Part shown: positions 24,531 to 36,594 of the stretch, in pieces
Layout of the letters: each line of letters starts with the position of its first letter
How positions within the stretch are numbered: the stretch's first letter is position 1
From: Ruditapes philippinarum
Lineage: Eukaryota
Length of the DNA: 64,000 nt
Direction: 5' to 3'
Assembly (NCBI RefSeq): GCF_026571515.1
Contig: NW_026865317.1
Coordinates: 1-64,000, forward strand
Made by a program: the position numbers and the translations under genes
The notes under the pieces: generated by a model
Seen by the model: only the letters and a program-made list of their open reading frames with translations
Told to the model about the DNA's origin: nothing
The model's database searches: none

Positions 24531-25029
24531 TCATGACCAGTTTATATAATATAATATAATATAACTCTTAATCGTCTACAAAGGGAGATAATAAAATCGA
24601 TGAAATTACCTCCCCTTGACGTAATCCAATAGCATAATAAAAATAATCAGAATAATTCGGATACAATATTAGATTGATGAACAAAAAAAGTAACAATTAT
24701 AATTATAAATTAAAATGTTATAATTTAAAAAAAAAATGACTGTTGCATTATTTTTTTTATTTTTTTTGCAAAATGGGCATGAAATATCGTCAATAATTTA
24801 TAACTTTACTACAATTTCATTGACAATTACACAACAACACAGAACATATATACATCAAAATTATGCACAAAAAGCAATTATAAATAATGACATAAATATA
24901 ACATATACATATGATATAACATTATACCAATCTCATTAAAATCATATCCTAACTGTCGCTTCACTACCCTACGCTTCGTAGCGAAGAGTAACGGAGCAAA
25001 AACGATGATCTGATTTTAATGAGATTGAA

Positions 25030-25288
25030 TTAATTTGAAACGAAATACAATAAAGTATACGAAAAAAAGCTTATATAAACACATTTTTCATCTAGAAAGA
25101 TCGATAATTTTTTAGAAGACCGTTACTGACCGGGCCAGTATAAATGTGATACTATCGTAAATTTCGATCAAAATAGACCGGGAGAGACCGGAGACCGGGG
25201 TATTTTATTGTTTTTGTTGTTGTTGCTGTTTGCATTTCCGCTTCCGCTTTCGTTTTGGTTTTTAGCATGTTGATGACTTGAATTAAAA
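25030..25288. promoter_or_regulatory. Putative RPP38 promoter, possibly shared with MANBAL
   Basis: Locally CpG-richer stretch just 5' of the RPP38 ATG with tandem TTCCGCTTCCG (ETS-like CGGAAG on minus) at about 25236-25246. Confidence 0.45.
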
Positions 25289-28200
25289 ATGAGCCATCGA
25301 CCAAAAGTTGCTGATCCAACAGAATTACAATGGTTTGTACGGTTTATTGGTGTAAGCACAGGAACCCGAAATTCTATCTAAAACTTTATTTATTTTTTTT
25401 GGATAGAATTTCGGGTTACCGTGGTCGCACATGGAGGCCTCTTCAATACTGAAATTTATAAATAAGATCTATATATTCAAGTCAAGTCAAGTTAATTTTA
25501 TTTATAAGTCGGATAGTCGATACATATAACAAAAAACATAAGCTCTGGTGAGCAAGATGACCTCTTTACTGGGCAGCTGCATCCTTTTTACCAGTTCTAA
25601 GCCAGCTTTGATTTTAACTTAAAATTATCTCTGTCTTGTTTAAAGATTTTTTCCATTTGATAGAGTTCTACAATACTTTTTAAACGTACCGTAATAAGCT
25701 GTATGATAGGCGGACCGAGGAAGAAAATACACAGATTTAGTGTTCTAGTGCCCAGCGGTTGATTGCCCACAATCACTGTAGCGATTGATCGCCATAAGAG
25801 AGACCCTTTTTAAACTTGCTTTTACCTCGTATCTATAAATTTGCACTTAACTTATTTGTTTTTAACAGCTATTCCCAGATAACACACCTGCTTATTGTAA
25901 TCGATTATACACTATTTTGAAGCAGTATGAATGCCTTGTTTGACTTCATGTCCAGAATTGATTGTTAAGCAGTAAGTTACAAGTAGATGTAGATCTAGAT
26001 ATATAGGCTACTTTGATAAATTCAGAACATCAAATCTACTGGTTGGGGACCACCAAAACCGGACAACAACCAAACCCAGGCCGCCCAAAAATGCTTAATT
26101 TAGTTTTTTAACTTTTTTTTCTTTGTTCAGTGGTTTTTGATCTATCAGTACTTTTTGTGCCCCCACATTAGTGGCGGGCCTTTAGATTTACCCTTGTCCG
26201 TCCGTCTGTCCGAGCAAACATTTTGGGTTTAAGGGCTATATAACAGTAAAGAGAACAAAAGAGAACAATAGGTTCATTCCGTGATCAAAGGTTTTAGGGG
26301 CTAGTAGCCCTTAAGAAAACACAGAAAATAACAAAGAAAATAGCCCCTAAAGCCAAAATGTCGGAACTTCCGTCCTTCTGTCCGTCCATTCTCTTTTGTG
26401 TCGCACGTAACTCAAAAAGTATTTGACCTAGTCATGAAACTTTACAGGAATGTTGATCAGAATGTGTAGTTGTGCACCTGGGTATTTTCGTCTGGATATT
26501 TTTAGTATTTTTAGAGTTATTGCCCTTGACTTAGTAAAAATTTCCAATTTTCAACTTGTGTTGCACATAACTAAAAAAGTATTTGACCTAGAGTCATGAA
26601 ACCTTCCAAGAATGTTGCTCAGCATGTGTAGTTGTGCACATGTGTATTTTCATATGGATATTCTTAGTATTTTTTAGAGTTATTGCCCTTGACTTAAGAA
26701 AATTTGCAATTTTCAACTTGTGTCACATGTAACTCAAAAGATATTTGACCTAGAGTCATGAAACCTTACAGGATTGTTGATCAGCATGTGTAGTTGTGCA
26801 CCTGGGTATTTTTGTGTGGATATATTTAGTATTTGTAGAGTTATTGCCCTTGACTTAGTATAAAACAATATTGAACTTGTGTTGCACATAACTCAAAAAG
26901 TATTTGACCTGTAGGCCTGAAAGTTTACAAGAATGTTGGTCTGCATGTGTACTTATACACCTTGGGGTTTTCTTGTGGATTTATTCAGTATTTGTAGTAT
27001 TTGCCCTTTACTTAATAAAAGATTTTTAGTTTTCAACTTGGGCACATGTAGCCAAAAAAAAAAAATTGACCTAGAGACATAAGATTGACAAATTGGTGGA
27101 GTGTGGGGGCACCCGTGTCCTATGGACACATTTCTATTTTTTTTTTAAATCTGTACACATGATCTAAGGAGACCATACAAGATCATGTCCATACCTTCAA
27201 GGTCAAGGTCATTCTTTCAGCTCAAAGGTCAAAAGGTATTTGTCCTCTTTCTTATACTTCGAAATAGTATGAAGTCACCCTGATTTATTCTAAAAACTAT
27301 GCCAGCATACATACAATGTAGATATGCATTATATTATATGTGATATACAATTTTTTTTATATTTCAGGCCTGTTGTTGATAGTGACAAAGAGGAGGCAGT
27401 GTTATATGTTTTAGAAAAGTGAGTGTTTAATATTTTTAGACACTTTTTTTGTGTCACCTTGAAAAAGGCGACATATACGGGTTACTTTTGTCGGCGGCGG
27501 CGGCGTCCCCTTAAGCTTGTCCGGATCATAAGTCAGTCATTATAAAGTCGGATTGACTTCAAACTTGGTATGCATGCACAAGAGCCGGTATTCTGCACTT
27601 CTTAATTTTTGAGTTATTGCCCTTTGTTAATTTTCATACTTTATTCATTTCTCCTAATGTATAAAAGCTACGGACTTGAAACTTCATAATTAGGAAGAAG
27701 TGCAGTGCACAAGAACCGGCACTCTACATTTCTTATTTTTTTAGTTATTGCCCTTTGTTAATTTTCATACTTTATTTTTGTCCTGACCATTTCTCCTAAA
27801 GTACTATGAACTTGAAACTTCATAGGATGATAGATCTCATTAAGAAGAAGTGCAGTGCACAAGAACCAGTACTCTGCATTTCTTATTTTTTGAGTTATTG
27901 CCCTTTGTTAATTTTCATACAATGTACTTTATTTTTGTCCAGGCCATTTCTCCTAAAGTATAAAAGCTATGGACATGGAACTTCATAGGATGATAGATCT
28001 CATTAAGAAGAAGTGCAGTGCACAAGAACCAGTACTCTGCATTTCTTATTTTTTTAGTTATTGCCCTTTGTTAATTTTCATACTTTATTTTTGTCTTGGC
28101 CGTTTCTCCTAAAGTATAAAAGCTATGGACATGGAACTTCATAGGATGATAGATCTTATTGATAAGAAGTGCAGTGCACAGAAACTGCTGCTCTGCACTT

Positions 28201-31200
28201 CTTATTTTTTGAGTTATTGCTCTTTGTTAATTTTCATATTTCATTTTTGTCCTGGCCATTTCTCATAAACTATATTGTTCACAAGGCGACACATCCAACT
28301 TGCTGAGTTCTAGTTTAATTACAGCCTTGTATGACCTAGGTCAAATGCAAGTCTTAATTATTAACCTACATGTATAAATTTCTGGTAAAAACTGTCATTT
28401 TTAAATTGAAGAAATATGTAAATCTGTTTATGTATTTAGTTCTTTGAATTTATTGACTGGCCTGTGTAATACATGAAACATGCATTTGAATATGTACCCA
28501 AACCTGCCAGATATTGTGGGAGAAACCCAAGTATGTTATATTTTGTTAGCTCATCTGTGCACAAATTCAGACCTTTACCAGTCATAAACATTGTTTGCCA
28601 TTAGATGTCATATGCATTGTGACCCCTGTATGCTTAGGACTTAGTGTTTTATAGTTGAAACTTGTTTCCAATATTGGGAGAGCTACAACACAGAGTCCTG
28701 TATGGTTGTGCTTGCTCCTCACAAAGTCTTTTAATACTTTCATGTAAAAATAGCTATTTCCCGGTATCTTATGAAAGATTGATGTTCCTATACAGGTGCC
28801 TAAGATAGTTCATGGATTGAATGTCACCATACAGTGTCAGTATTACTTTATGCACTTCAAGTAAAACAAACAAAAATCTGATTCAACAGTTTTATAACCT
28901 TTCTTAGTGGCCAAGTTCATGATGATATTACTTGACGTTGTTATTCAGAATGTCAAAATAAAAGATGAATAATGGATAATGTTAAAAGATTATTTTATTT
29001 CACTTGCAGTGTGTTTTCAAAGTACAAGTCATGCTTAAGGACAATAAAGAAACCTCCAAAATGGAAGAAGAAAAGTGAAGGGGATATAGAGGATTGCTTG
29101 TCAAAAGAGGAAGAAAAACAAAAGAAAGATTTCAAGTATGTTGTCTGAACTTTATCCCTTTACTTTTTATACCTTAAATATAATGGCTGTAAATTTTTTA
29201 TAATTTAATTAACTTGAATTTTTCAGTGGATTTCTTTGTGTTTCTTTGTATGTCAGACTTAAGGTAGACCATTACTAATGCATTACCTCCACTTTGAAGA
29301 GTATTCAAATAGGCTAGAATCACTTGTCAACTGCATTGAAATTGAGGGGCATCGGCTGAAACCCCAGATGGGACAACTTTTTTTCTTTCTTTTTTTCTTT
29401 TTAACATAAATTATGTATCTCTCAGAACCCTTATGGAAGAAAAAAGTGTTTGATTTTAATTATATAATTATTGTAGGTATTTATTTGCTGAATAATGCCA
29501 AATTTAATAGCAAATATGAAACCAGATATTTTCAAAGTTTAAATACAGGTAACTGTCCTATGTTGTCAATTTTACAGTTCCTTATAGTATCCATTAGCCA
29601 TGGTCTAACTTCAACCAAATTATACTTGAATAAATCATTCAATGATTTAACAAATACATGATTATTGTTTTTATTATTTTTCAATCTTTTTCTATGTCAC
29701 ATGTTTACATTTTTTGTAACTGATAATGTGGAGGATATTTTTTAATAATGTAATACTTGAGGGTTGCACTTAATTAAATGAACCTTATAGAATGAGATGT
29801 ATGATAAATAGCAAGCTGTGGCTTGCCACAGACAAGAACAGATGCTTGTTTAATACAAATTAGTTTACTCAAGTAAGTTTGTATGTTCCTTACACTTTTC
29901 TAGTAACCCATTGTGGCTGAAGGGTTTCCTCTAAGGGTGATGGCATCAGAATTGCAGCCACTGTTTATCCCTGAGTAATCCTAAAAGGCAATTTAATGAG
30001 TTTAGAATTACTGGAGTCTATGCATTTCTTAGTTCCAGCAGATGAGGTGGTTTTGACCCCTGGTGTTGCTTTAAATTTGTAACACCTGAAGTTAGCCAAT
30101 GTCATCTTTCAAGTTTAGGCCCCATATTACCTAAATTATGTTGTTGCACCATAAAACCAAACAAATCAAACCTTCCTATTAAATTAAGGAAAAAGACTGC
30201 ACATGTGCATTATAGGTTAAAACATAAAATATTGTAATTTTCAGGTGTATGTTTGTAATGGGTGTACAGACAGTTATGAGAAATCTGGAGAGAGACAACT
30301 TGTCTATGGTGTTGCTATGGAAAGATATGCAACCTGCTGTGCTAAGGAAAGCTCTTTGCCACCTGCTCAATGAGCATGGTTGCCCAGCAATGTGTGTGTC
30401 AGATCTGCTGGTTCCTATACAAAAGTCCTGGCCTGGCCTCACTTCAGCTGCCAGTCTTGGTGTTCTGGTAAATAGAAAAATTTCCTCTTGTATTAATATT
30501 GTATTGACAAAACCTGTTTGTGTCATAAAATACTGAAAGAAGGCAGGTAAAAAGGAATTCAGACACTTTTATGAAGTAACCAGACATATTAAGTGCATGT
30601 TCCTTAGAATCATAACCTAGTCAAAAGTGCCTAAGTAATATTTTATCTGCTTATGTATAATACTTTTTGAGTTTAATGTTCCATTTGATGTCGGTACAGA
30701 TTATCAACTTGTGTGCAAAATGTCACTTCATTAATTGGCATTTCTTTATCCATTTTTCCTGTTTGTGGAAAATGGTAAGATAAAAAAGTATTTTTCAATC
30801 AAATCCGGCTAAAATTAACAAAAGATATGATTTTTAGTGCATTTCCGATTATATTTCTGAATTACCTTTTGCATATCTATCTGTTTCAAGTGCCTCAGCG
30901 GAATAATGAAAGAACAGGGTTGCCAGCGGACTTGAAAAGTCAGGGAAATTGGGTATTTTTTCAAGGTCAGGGAATTATCAGGGAATTTTGAAATTTAGTC
31001 AGTGAAAAATGAAAATCCTGAAAAGTCAGTGAAAAGTCAGGGAAAAAGTTATTTCAAAGGTCGAAAAATTTACGCATTGAAGGTCTTTCTTGGCTATGGC
31101 AGTCTTTAAGCATTTAATATTTGACTTTATCACTCTCACAGTTAAGCATTAAATTCAAATAACAGTAAACTGTGATATTAAGAAGCATTATATTTTAACT

Positions 31201-33653
31201 AAGTGATTATAATACCAATTATTTACCTTAGAACATCATTCAGCCTACTGACTGAAAAGCTTTGCAGCCCTTGCCTCCAGAGCTGACTAATATGTAATTT
31301 CTGTTGCATAATTTAACCAGTTTCCATCATGTTTGCAAGACAAATCCTCTTGTACAATTTCTTAGTGTCAAAGTAAAAAGCAAAGCAGGTTATATGCCAA
31401 TATGGTAGTTTGGTATACATGTATACTGACTAGATTTTGTTAGTAATTAAAAGCCCTTCCATGCTTTTTGCTTTGACACTAAGAAATTGTACAAGAGGAT
31501 TTGTCTTGCAAACATGATGGAAACTGGTTAAATTATGCAATGCTATGTTTTTCACACTAACTTTTTTCACACTAACTTACTTCACTCATTCAAAGTCTTT
31601 AATTTTATAGTGATTATTTCATGATATGCCAAAAGCAGCCCTATGTTCTTGTTTTCACAATCAGTGGAGTTTATCATGATGCCTTATACAAGTAACTGTG
31701 TTAAATGTTTATTGTTCTAGTTATAGTTTAGAGATGTTTGAATTTTAAGTTTTGTCATACAAGTATTACTCTTATAGTCTTGGTGTTTTATGTGTTACTA
31801 CTAGGAAGGAAAGAGTGACTTATGTGATTTCTAATACAGATGCTTACATTATGATTCTTCTGATTTTCATGTCATATGTTTCACTGACCAAAAGTCACAC
31901 TGCGTTTGAATAGAAATAGTTAAGAATAGTAGAACACAATGTTTGAATCATTACTTTGATGTAAATGTTTTATATTTTGGAAAATAAATACAAGTTTACA
32001 TGCAAAAATATAATGGGAGGATTGGACGGCTATAGGGGAGGTCAGGGGGCCATTTATGTGTTTGACGATTTTGGTCAGTGAAAAACATGAATTGGTCAGT
32101 GAAAAGTCAGGGAAAAGTCAGGGAATTTTATTTCACCAAAGTGCTGGCAACCCTGAAGAAATTCACATTGAATTATGAAAGAAATTCACATTTATTTTAG
32201 GTTTTTGGACCTCAGTGGTGTTCCTTTCAGATCTCTTTAATGTGAAACTGCATTGCCCAGAGCATGTAGTATTGCATAGCTGGCCTCTACAAAGGTGAAA
32301 TAAGTCATGCCACTAACTTGATCAAAATTGGTCCCAACTTAGTTCTCGTAGACTTGTTCAGTAAAACATACAATGTATTTAAAAATTATTCTCCAAACTA
32401 CAATGCCCAGAACTTAGATATTTTGCATAAAGCATAACTTTGTTGTCCCATACAATTGTATGTTATATAAATTATGCCCCTTGAGTGAAGATAAATTATC
32501 CATCTCCTGTAGTGCTTCTTAGCTTGATGTACACTAATATAGGAAGACATAAGTCTTGTATGGAACCATAATTACTATAGCTTAGATTATTTGGTATATG
32601 GCATTGCTTTGTGATCCTGTACATAAATCATGCCCTTGGGATAAAAAAGGTCCAATCGTTTTGTCACTTAGTTTAAATAGACTTACATGGTAAAATATAT
32701 TTAAATCTTCCTAGTGTGAAATAACAATACTAAGAGCTTTGATAGTTGGCATTTAGTATTTCCTAGAGGACATCTACAAATGTTTTAGAACTTACACATT
32801 ATGGGTCAAAATATCTTATTTGACCTTATCATTGAAGAATGAGACTTTTTCTAGCAATGAATCTCAGGTGAGCAGTCAAGGGCTATCATGACCGTCTTGT
32901 TTGTTGGTTTACTAAATGTACTTTTGTAGGTTTAGCAATGAAAAAAGTCATAAATATGAAACAAAGATGAATTTAATTTTTGTTTTGTTTTTTTACTTAC
33001 AGAAAACTGAAGAGCCCAATGATTTCCATGAGCTCATTGAAATAGTTAGAAAACATGCACCACCACTGACAAAACTACAGGTGAAGGAAGACAAAGCCGT
33101 GAACAAACCATTGACACAACCTACAGGAAACATAGATAATAGTAGAAAAATAACTGATAAAGATTTAAAAACTGAAATTAAACTAGATACTATGTTTGCA
33201 CATACTGAGAATGAAAAATCTGGCAGTAATTTGGAAAACCTATCTGTTAGCCCAGCCAAGTACTACATATACAAACCTGAAACACAGGAAAGTAAATCTT
33301 TCTCCGGACAAGATTTTATAGCGTTTGATGATAGGGCAGAGGGTAAAGGTCCAAGTGTTGAAACAATAAAAGGTGTAAGAATACAAACAAAAAGTATATA
33401 CATTCCAAGTAAAAATCAAATTAACTTTGGAATAAGGCCATCTCTTGTAGATTCTGACAAGGACAAAAACATGGATTGTGAAAATATTCCTGATAAAAGT
33501 GATGTAAGAAAGGAAGACTTTAAAACAAATGATGGGAAGAGGAAAGCATCAGAAAATGAAAATGAGACAAATAGGGAATATAAAAAAATAAATGTAAAGA
33601 AATTTCAGAAAAATACACAGAAAAAGAGGAAAAGTAAGAAAAATAAGAAATAA
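25289..33653 (+). CDS. RPP38: Ribonuclease P/MRP protein subunit p38-like (L7Ae domain) with long charged C-terminal tail
   Basis: Phase-consistent exons 25289-25332, 27368-27418, 29010-29135, 30245-30467, 33003-33653. DPTELQWPVVDSDKEEAVLYVLEN and VMGVQTVMRNLERDNLSMVLLWKDMQPAVL...CPAMCVSDL...SLGVLKTEEPNDFHELIEIVRKHAPPL align with recalled RPP38 N-terminal and L7Ae segments. Confidence 0.82.
26152..27137 (+). mobile_element. HINE-like element with about 4 units of about 161 bp and a nested 156-bp MITE (26212-26367)
   Basis: GTGCCCCCAC ... GTGGGGGCAC subterminal IR, GTCC microsatellite, 3' hairpin GTGTCC..GGACAC. Confidence 0.85.
27450..28314 (+). mobile_element. HINE-like element with tandem units of about 150-162 bp
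   Basis: GTGTCACCTTG ... CAAGGCGACAC subterminal IR, (GGC)n, GTGCAGTGCACA repeated; second copy at 34794-35546. Confidence 0.85.
30915..32155. mobile_element. Non-autonomous DNA transposon, CAGGGTTGCCAGC TIRs, apparent 5-bp TSD
   Basis: Perfect 13-bp TIR; AAGAA on both sides (30910-30914, 32156-32160); GTCAG(G/T)GAA subterminal repeats at both ends. Confidence 0.85.
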
Positions 33654-33941
33654 ATTAACATAACATTGGCAGACACTCAATTGTTGACTACTGATCGAGT
33701 TGTAGTACTTTGAAACTAAAATCTCTTTAATTGTTTTGTTGTAAACTTCTTACAAACTCAGATCATGTTATGTAATTGCTACAAGCCATATGTGTTAATA
33801 CATTGTGCATGCCATGTGGTTATAGGAACATTAATATTGAATAATTAATGTGTCTGTTGATAATAAAAAATATGTGTCTGGTGATAGAAAATAAAAAAGA
33901 AAAGTTACATGATAATATTGACATGATAAACTGTATGACTT

Positions 33942-34646
33942 TTTAGCTCACCTGTCACAAAGTGACATGTTGTGCTTTTGTGATCGCTTTTCGTCCGACT
34001 TCTGTCCGTAAACTTTTACTTTAAACAACATCTCCTCATAAACTGCTAAGCCAATTTCATCCAAACTTCACAGGAATGTTCCTTAGGTACTCAACTTTTT
34101 TTCAAATTTTTTCAAAGAATTTAATTACAAGCAGAACTCTTGTTGCCATGGCAACCGAAAATAAAAAACTTAAAATATCTTCTTTTAGAAAACAGAAAGA
34201 CCTAGAGCTTAAATATTTTGCATGAAACATCAACTAGTCAGTGTTTACCAAGTTTGTTCAAATAAATGCCCTTGGGTTAAAATTGGCCCTGCCCCGGGGG
34301 TCATTTCCTTATTTGTATATAGTAAAAACTTAAAAAATCTTCTTAAAAACCCAAATAGCTAGAGCTTAGATATTAAGAATGAAACATCTTCTAGTGGGTG
34401 TCTACCAAGATTGGGCAAATAAAAGCCCTTTGGCAAAAATTGGCCCCGCCCCAGGGGATCATTGATTTTCCTTATTTCTATATAGTAAAAACTTAGTAAA
34501 TCTTCTTGTAAATAACCAAAATAGCTAGAGCTTAGATATAAAGCATGAAACAGCTTCTAGTTGGTGTCTACTTAGTTTGTTCAAATAAAAGCCCCTGGTT
34601 TAAGCTTGGCCTTGGCCCTGGGGCCTATATACAGGTGAGCGATTTC
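33942..34646 (+). mobile_element. HINE-like element (TAGCTCACCTG ... CAGGTGAGCG family)
   Basis: Same terminal motifs as 8092-9864 with a different internal repeat; a degraded 3' end of this family lies near 32860-32900. Confidence 0.75.
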
Positions 34647-34793
34647 ATTTTGTTGTTACTTTTTAAAATGAATATTTTTGTTTCTCATGTCTATTGCTTT
34701 ATGTATAATTGTATATACATCAAAACACCAACACAGAAGATGTTGTTACATGTATTAAACAAACTTTTTAAAGCTGAAATTTATGTCAATTAT

Positions 34794-35546
34794 TGTGTCA
34801 CCTTGAAAAGGCGACATATAGGGGTTACTTTTGATGGCGGTGTCAGCGTCGTTGTCGGCATCCCCTAAAGCTTGTCCGGAGTTTAACTCAGTCACTATAA
34901 GTCGATTGACTTCAAACTTGGTATGCATGCTTTTTTCAATAACTCGAAGTGCAGTGCACAAGCACCGGTACTCTGCATTTCTTATTTTTTGAGTTATTTC
35001 CCTTTGTTAATTTTGATACTTTATTTTTGTCCGGGCCATTTCTCCAAAAGTATAAAAGTTATGGACATGAAACTTCATAGGATGATAGATCTCATTAAGA
35101 AAAAGTACAGTGTACAAGAACCGGTACTCTGCATTTCTTATTTTTGAGTTTTACCCTTTATTCATTTTCATACTTTTTTTTTTGTCTAGGCCATTTCTCA
35201 TAAATTATAAAAGATAATTCATAGGATGATAGATCTCATTAAGAAAAAGTACAGTGTACAAGAACCGGTACTCTGCATTTCTTATTTTTGAGTTTTACCC
35301 TTTATTCATTTTCATACTTTTTTTTTGTCCAGGCCATTTCTCATAAATTATAAAAGATAATTTATGGACTTCATAGAATGATAGATCTTATTGATAAGAA
35401 GTGCAGTGCACAGAAACTGCTGCTCTGCACTTCTTATTTTTTGATTTATTGCCCTTTGTTAATTTTCATATTTCATTTTTGTCCTGGTCATTTCTCCTAA
35501 ACTAAATTGTTCACAAGGCGACACATCCGACTCGTGGAGTTCTAGT
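34794..35546 (+). mobile_element. HINE-like element, same family as 27450-28314
   Basis: Same head, tail and repeat unit. Confidence 0.85.
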
Positions 35547-35951
35547 TAAATAAAGCTTGATTCAAAATTGGTTCTACAGTCTGGTAATAAATTGCATTTT
35601 GAACAGTTTCAGCTATCTATTGTAATAAAAAAGTTTTCCTTGCTGGGTTGAAAATGAAAAACATTAGATAATTCAAGATATATTAAGGTGATAATTATAT
35701 TACTTAATGTTCTTAAATTAGTTTTAACTTTAAAACTTTTCTCCAAACAAAGTTACATGTCCTACCAAAATACGTCTAAAATTTCTGTGTTTGAATCAAG
35801 ACTGGTATACTGTATATAAGTGTAAGCCCATATTAAAATCATTTAAATCAACATTTGAAAATTATATCAACATGATACTACTTATAACAGTAACCATTGT
35901 GACTAGAAGGTGCTAGCATGCGGCATGATGTGTGGAATCTAAACAGAGATA

Positions 35952-36121
35952 TGAGCCGAGTCACGACAAAACCAACATAATGGGTTTGCGACCAGCATGG
36001 ATCCAGACCAGCCTGCGCATCCGTGCAGTCTGATCAGGATCCATGCTGTTTGCTTACCAACTCTATTACAAGTACAAGTGGTCGCAAGCCCACTTTGTTG
36101 ATTTTGTCGTGGTGCGGCTCA
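35952..36121. mobile_element. MITE family A, copy 2 (internally deleted)
   Basis: Same left arm; right arm shortened, ends GCGGCTCA. Confidence 0.85.
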
Positions 36122-36594
36122 TGTTTAATCAGTCATTTAACTGTCTGAAATGACTGAAATGGAGACACCTTTGAATTCTTTAATACCATAAATGTCTTGC
36201 CTCCAAAAAATAAATCACTCCATACATTCCTGTAAGCAAGGATATTGCTTCTATTATTACCGGTATCAGGTACGTATATAAACGTACCTGCCGGTATGTA
36301 GTATTTCTTCTAGAGAAAAACCACTAACTAATGTAGGCAGTAATGTATGTATGTATGTAAAGTATAGTTTATAATATACATTTGTGGTCATAATTGAGAG
36401 CATTTCAATCAATAGATAGTCTTCAAAAAGAAAGACCCTGATCAATAAAAAACTTTACCCATTCAAAATTATACCTATTGGGTGTATTTATATATAACCA
36501 TACTTTACAATATACTTTAAATTATCTGTAATAAAGAACAGATATTATTGAAACAATAATTTTTCAAATAATAATAATTATGATTTCTTCTAGA

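Noticed and set aside
25267-25281. uORF (MLMT*) before the RPP38 ATG
   Set aside because: Too short to distinguish from chance without a mapped start site.
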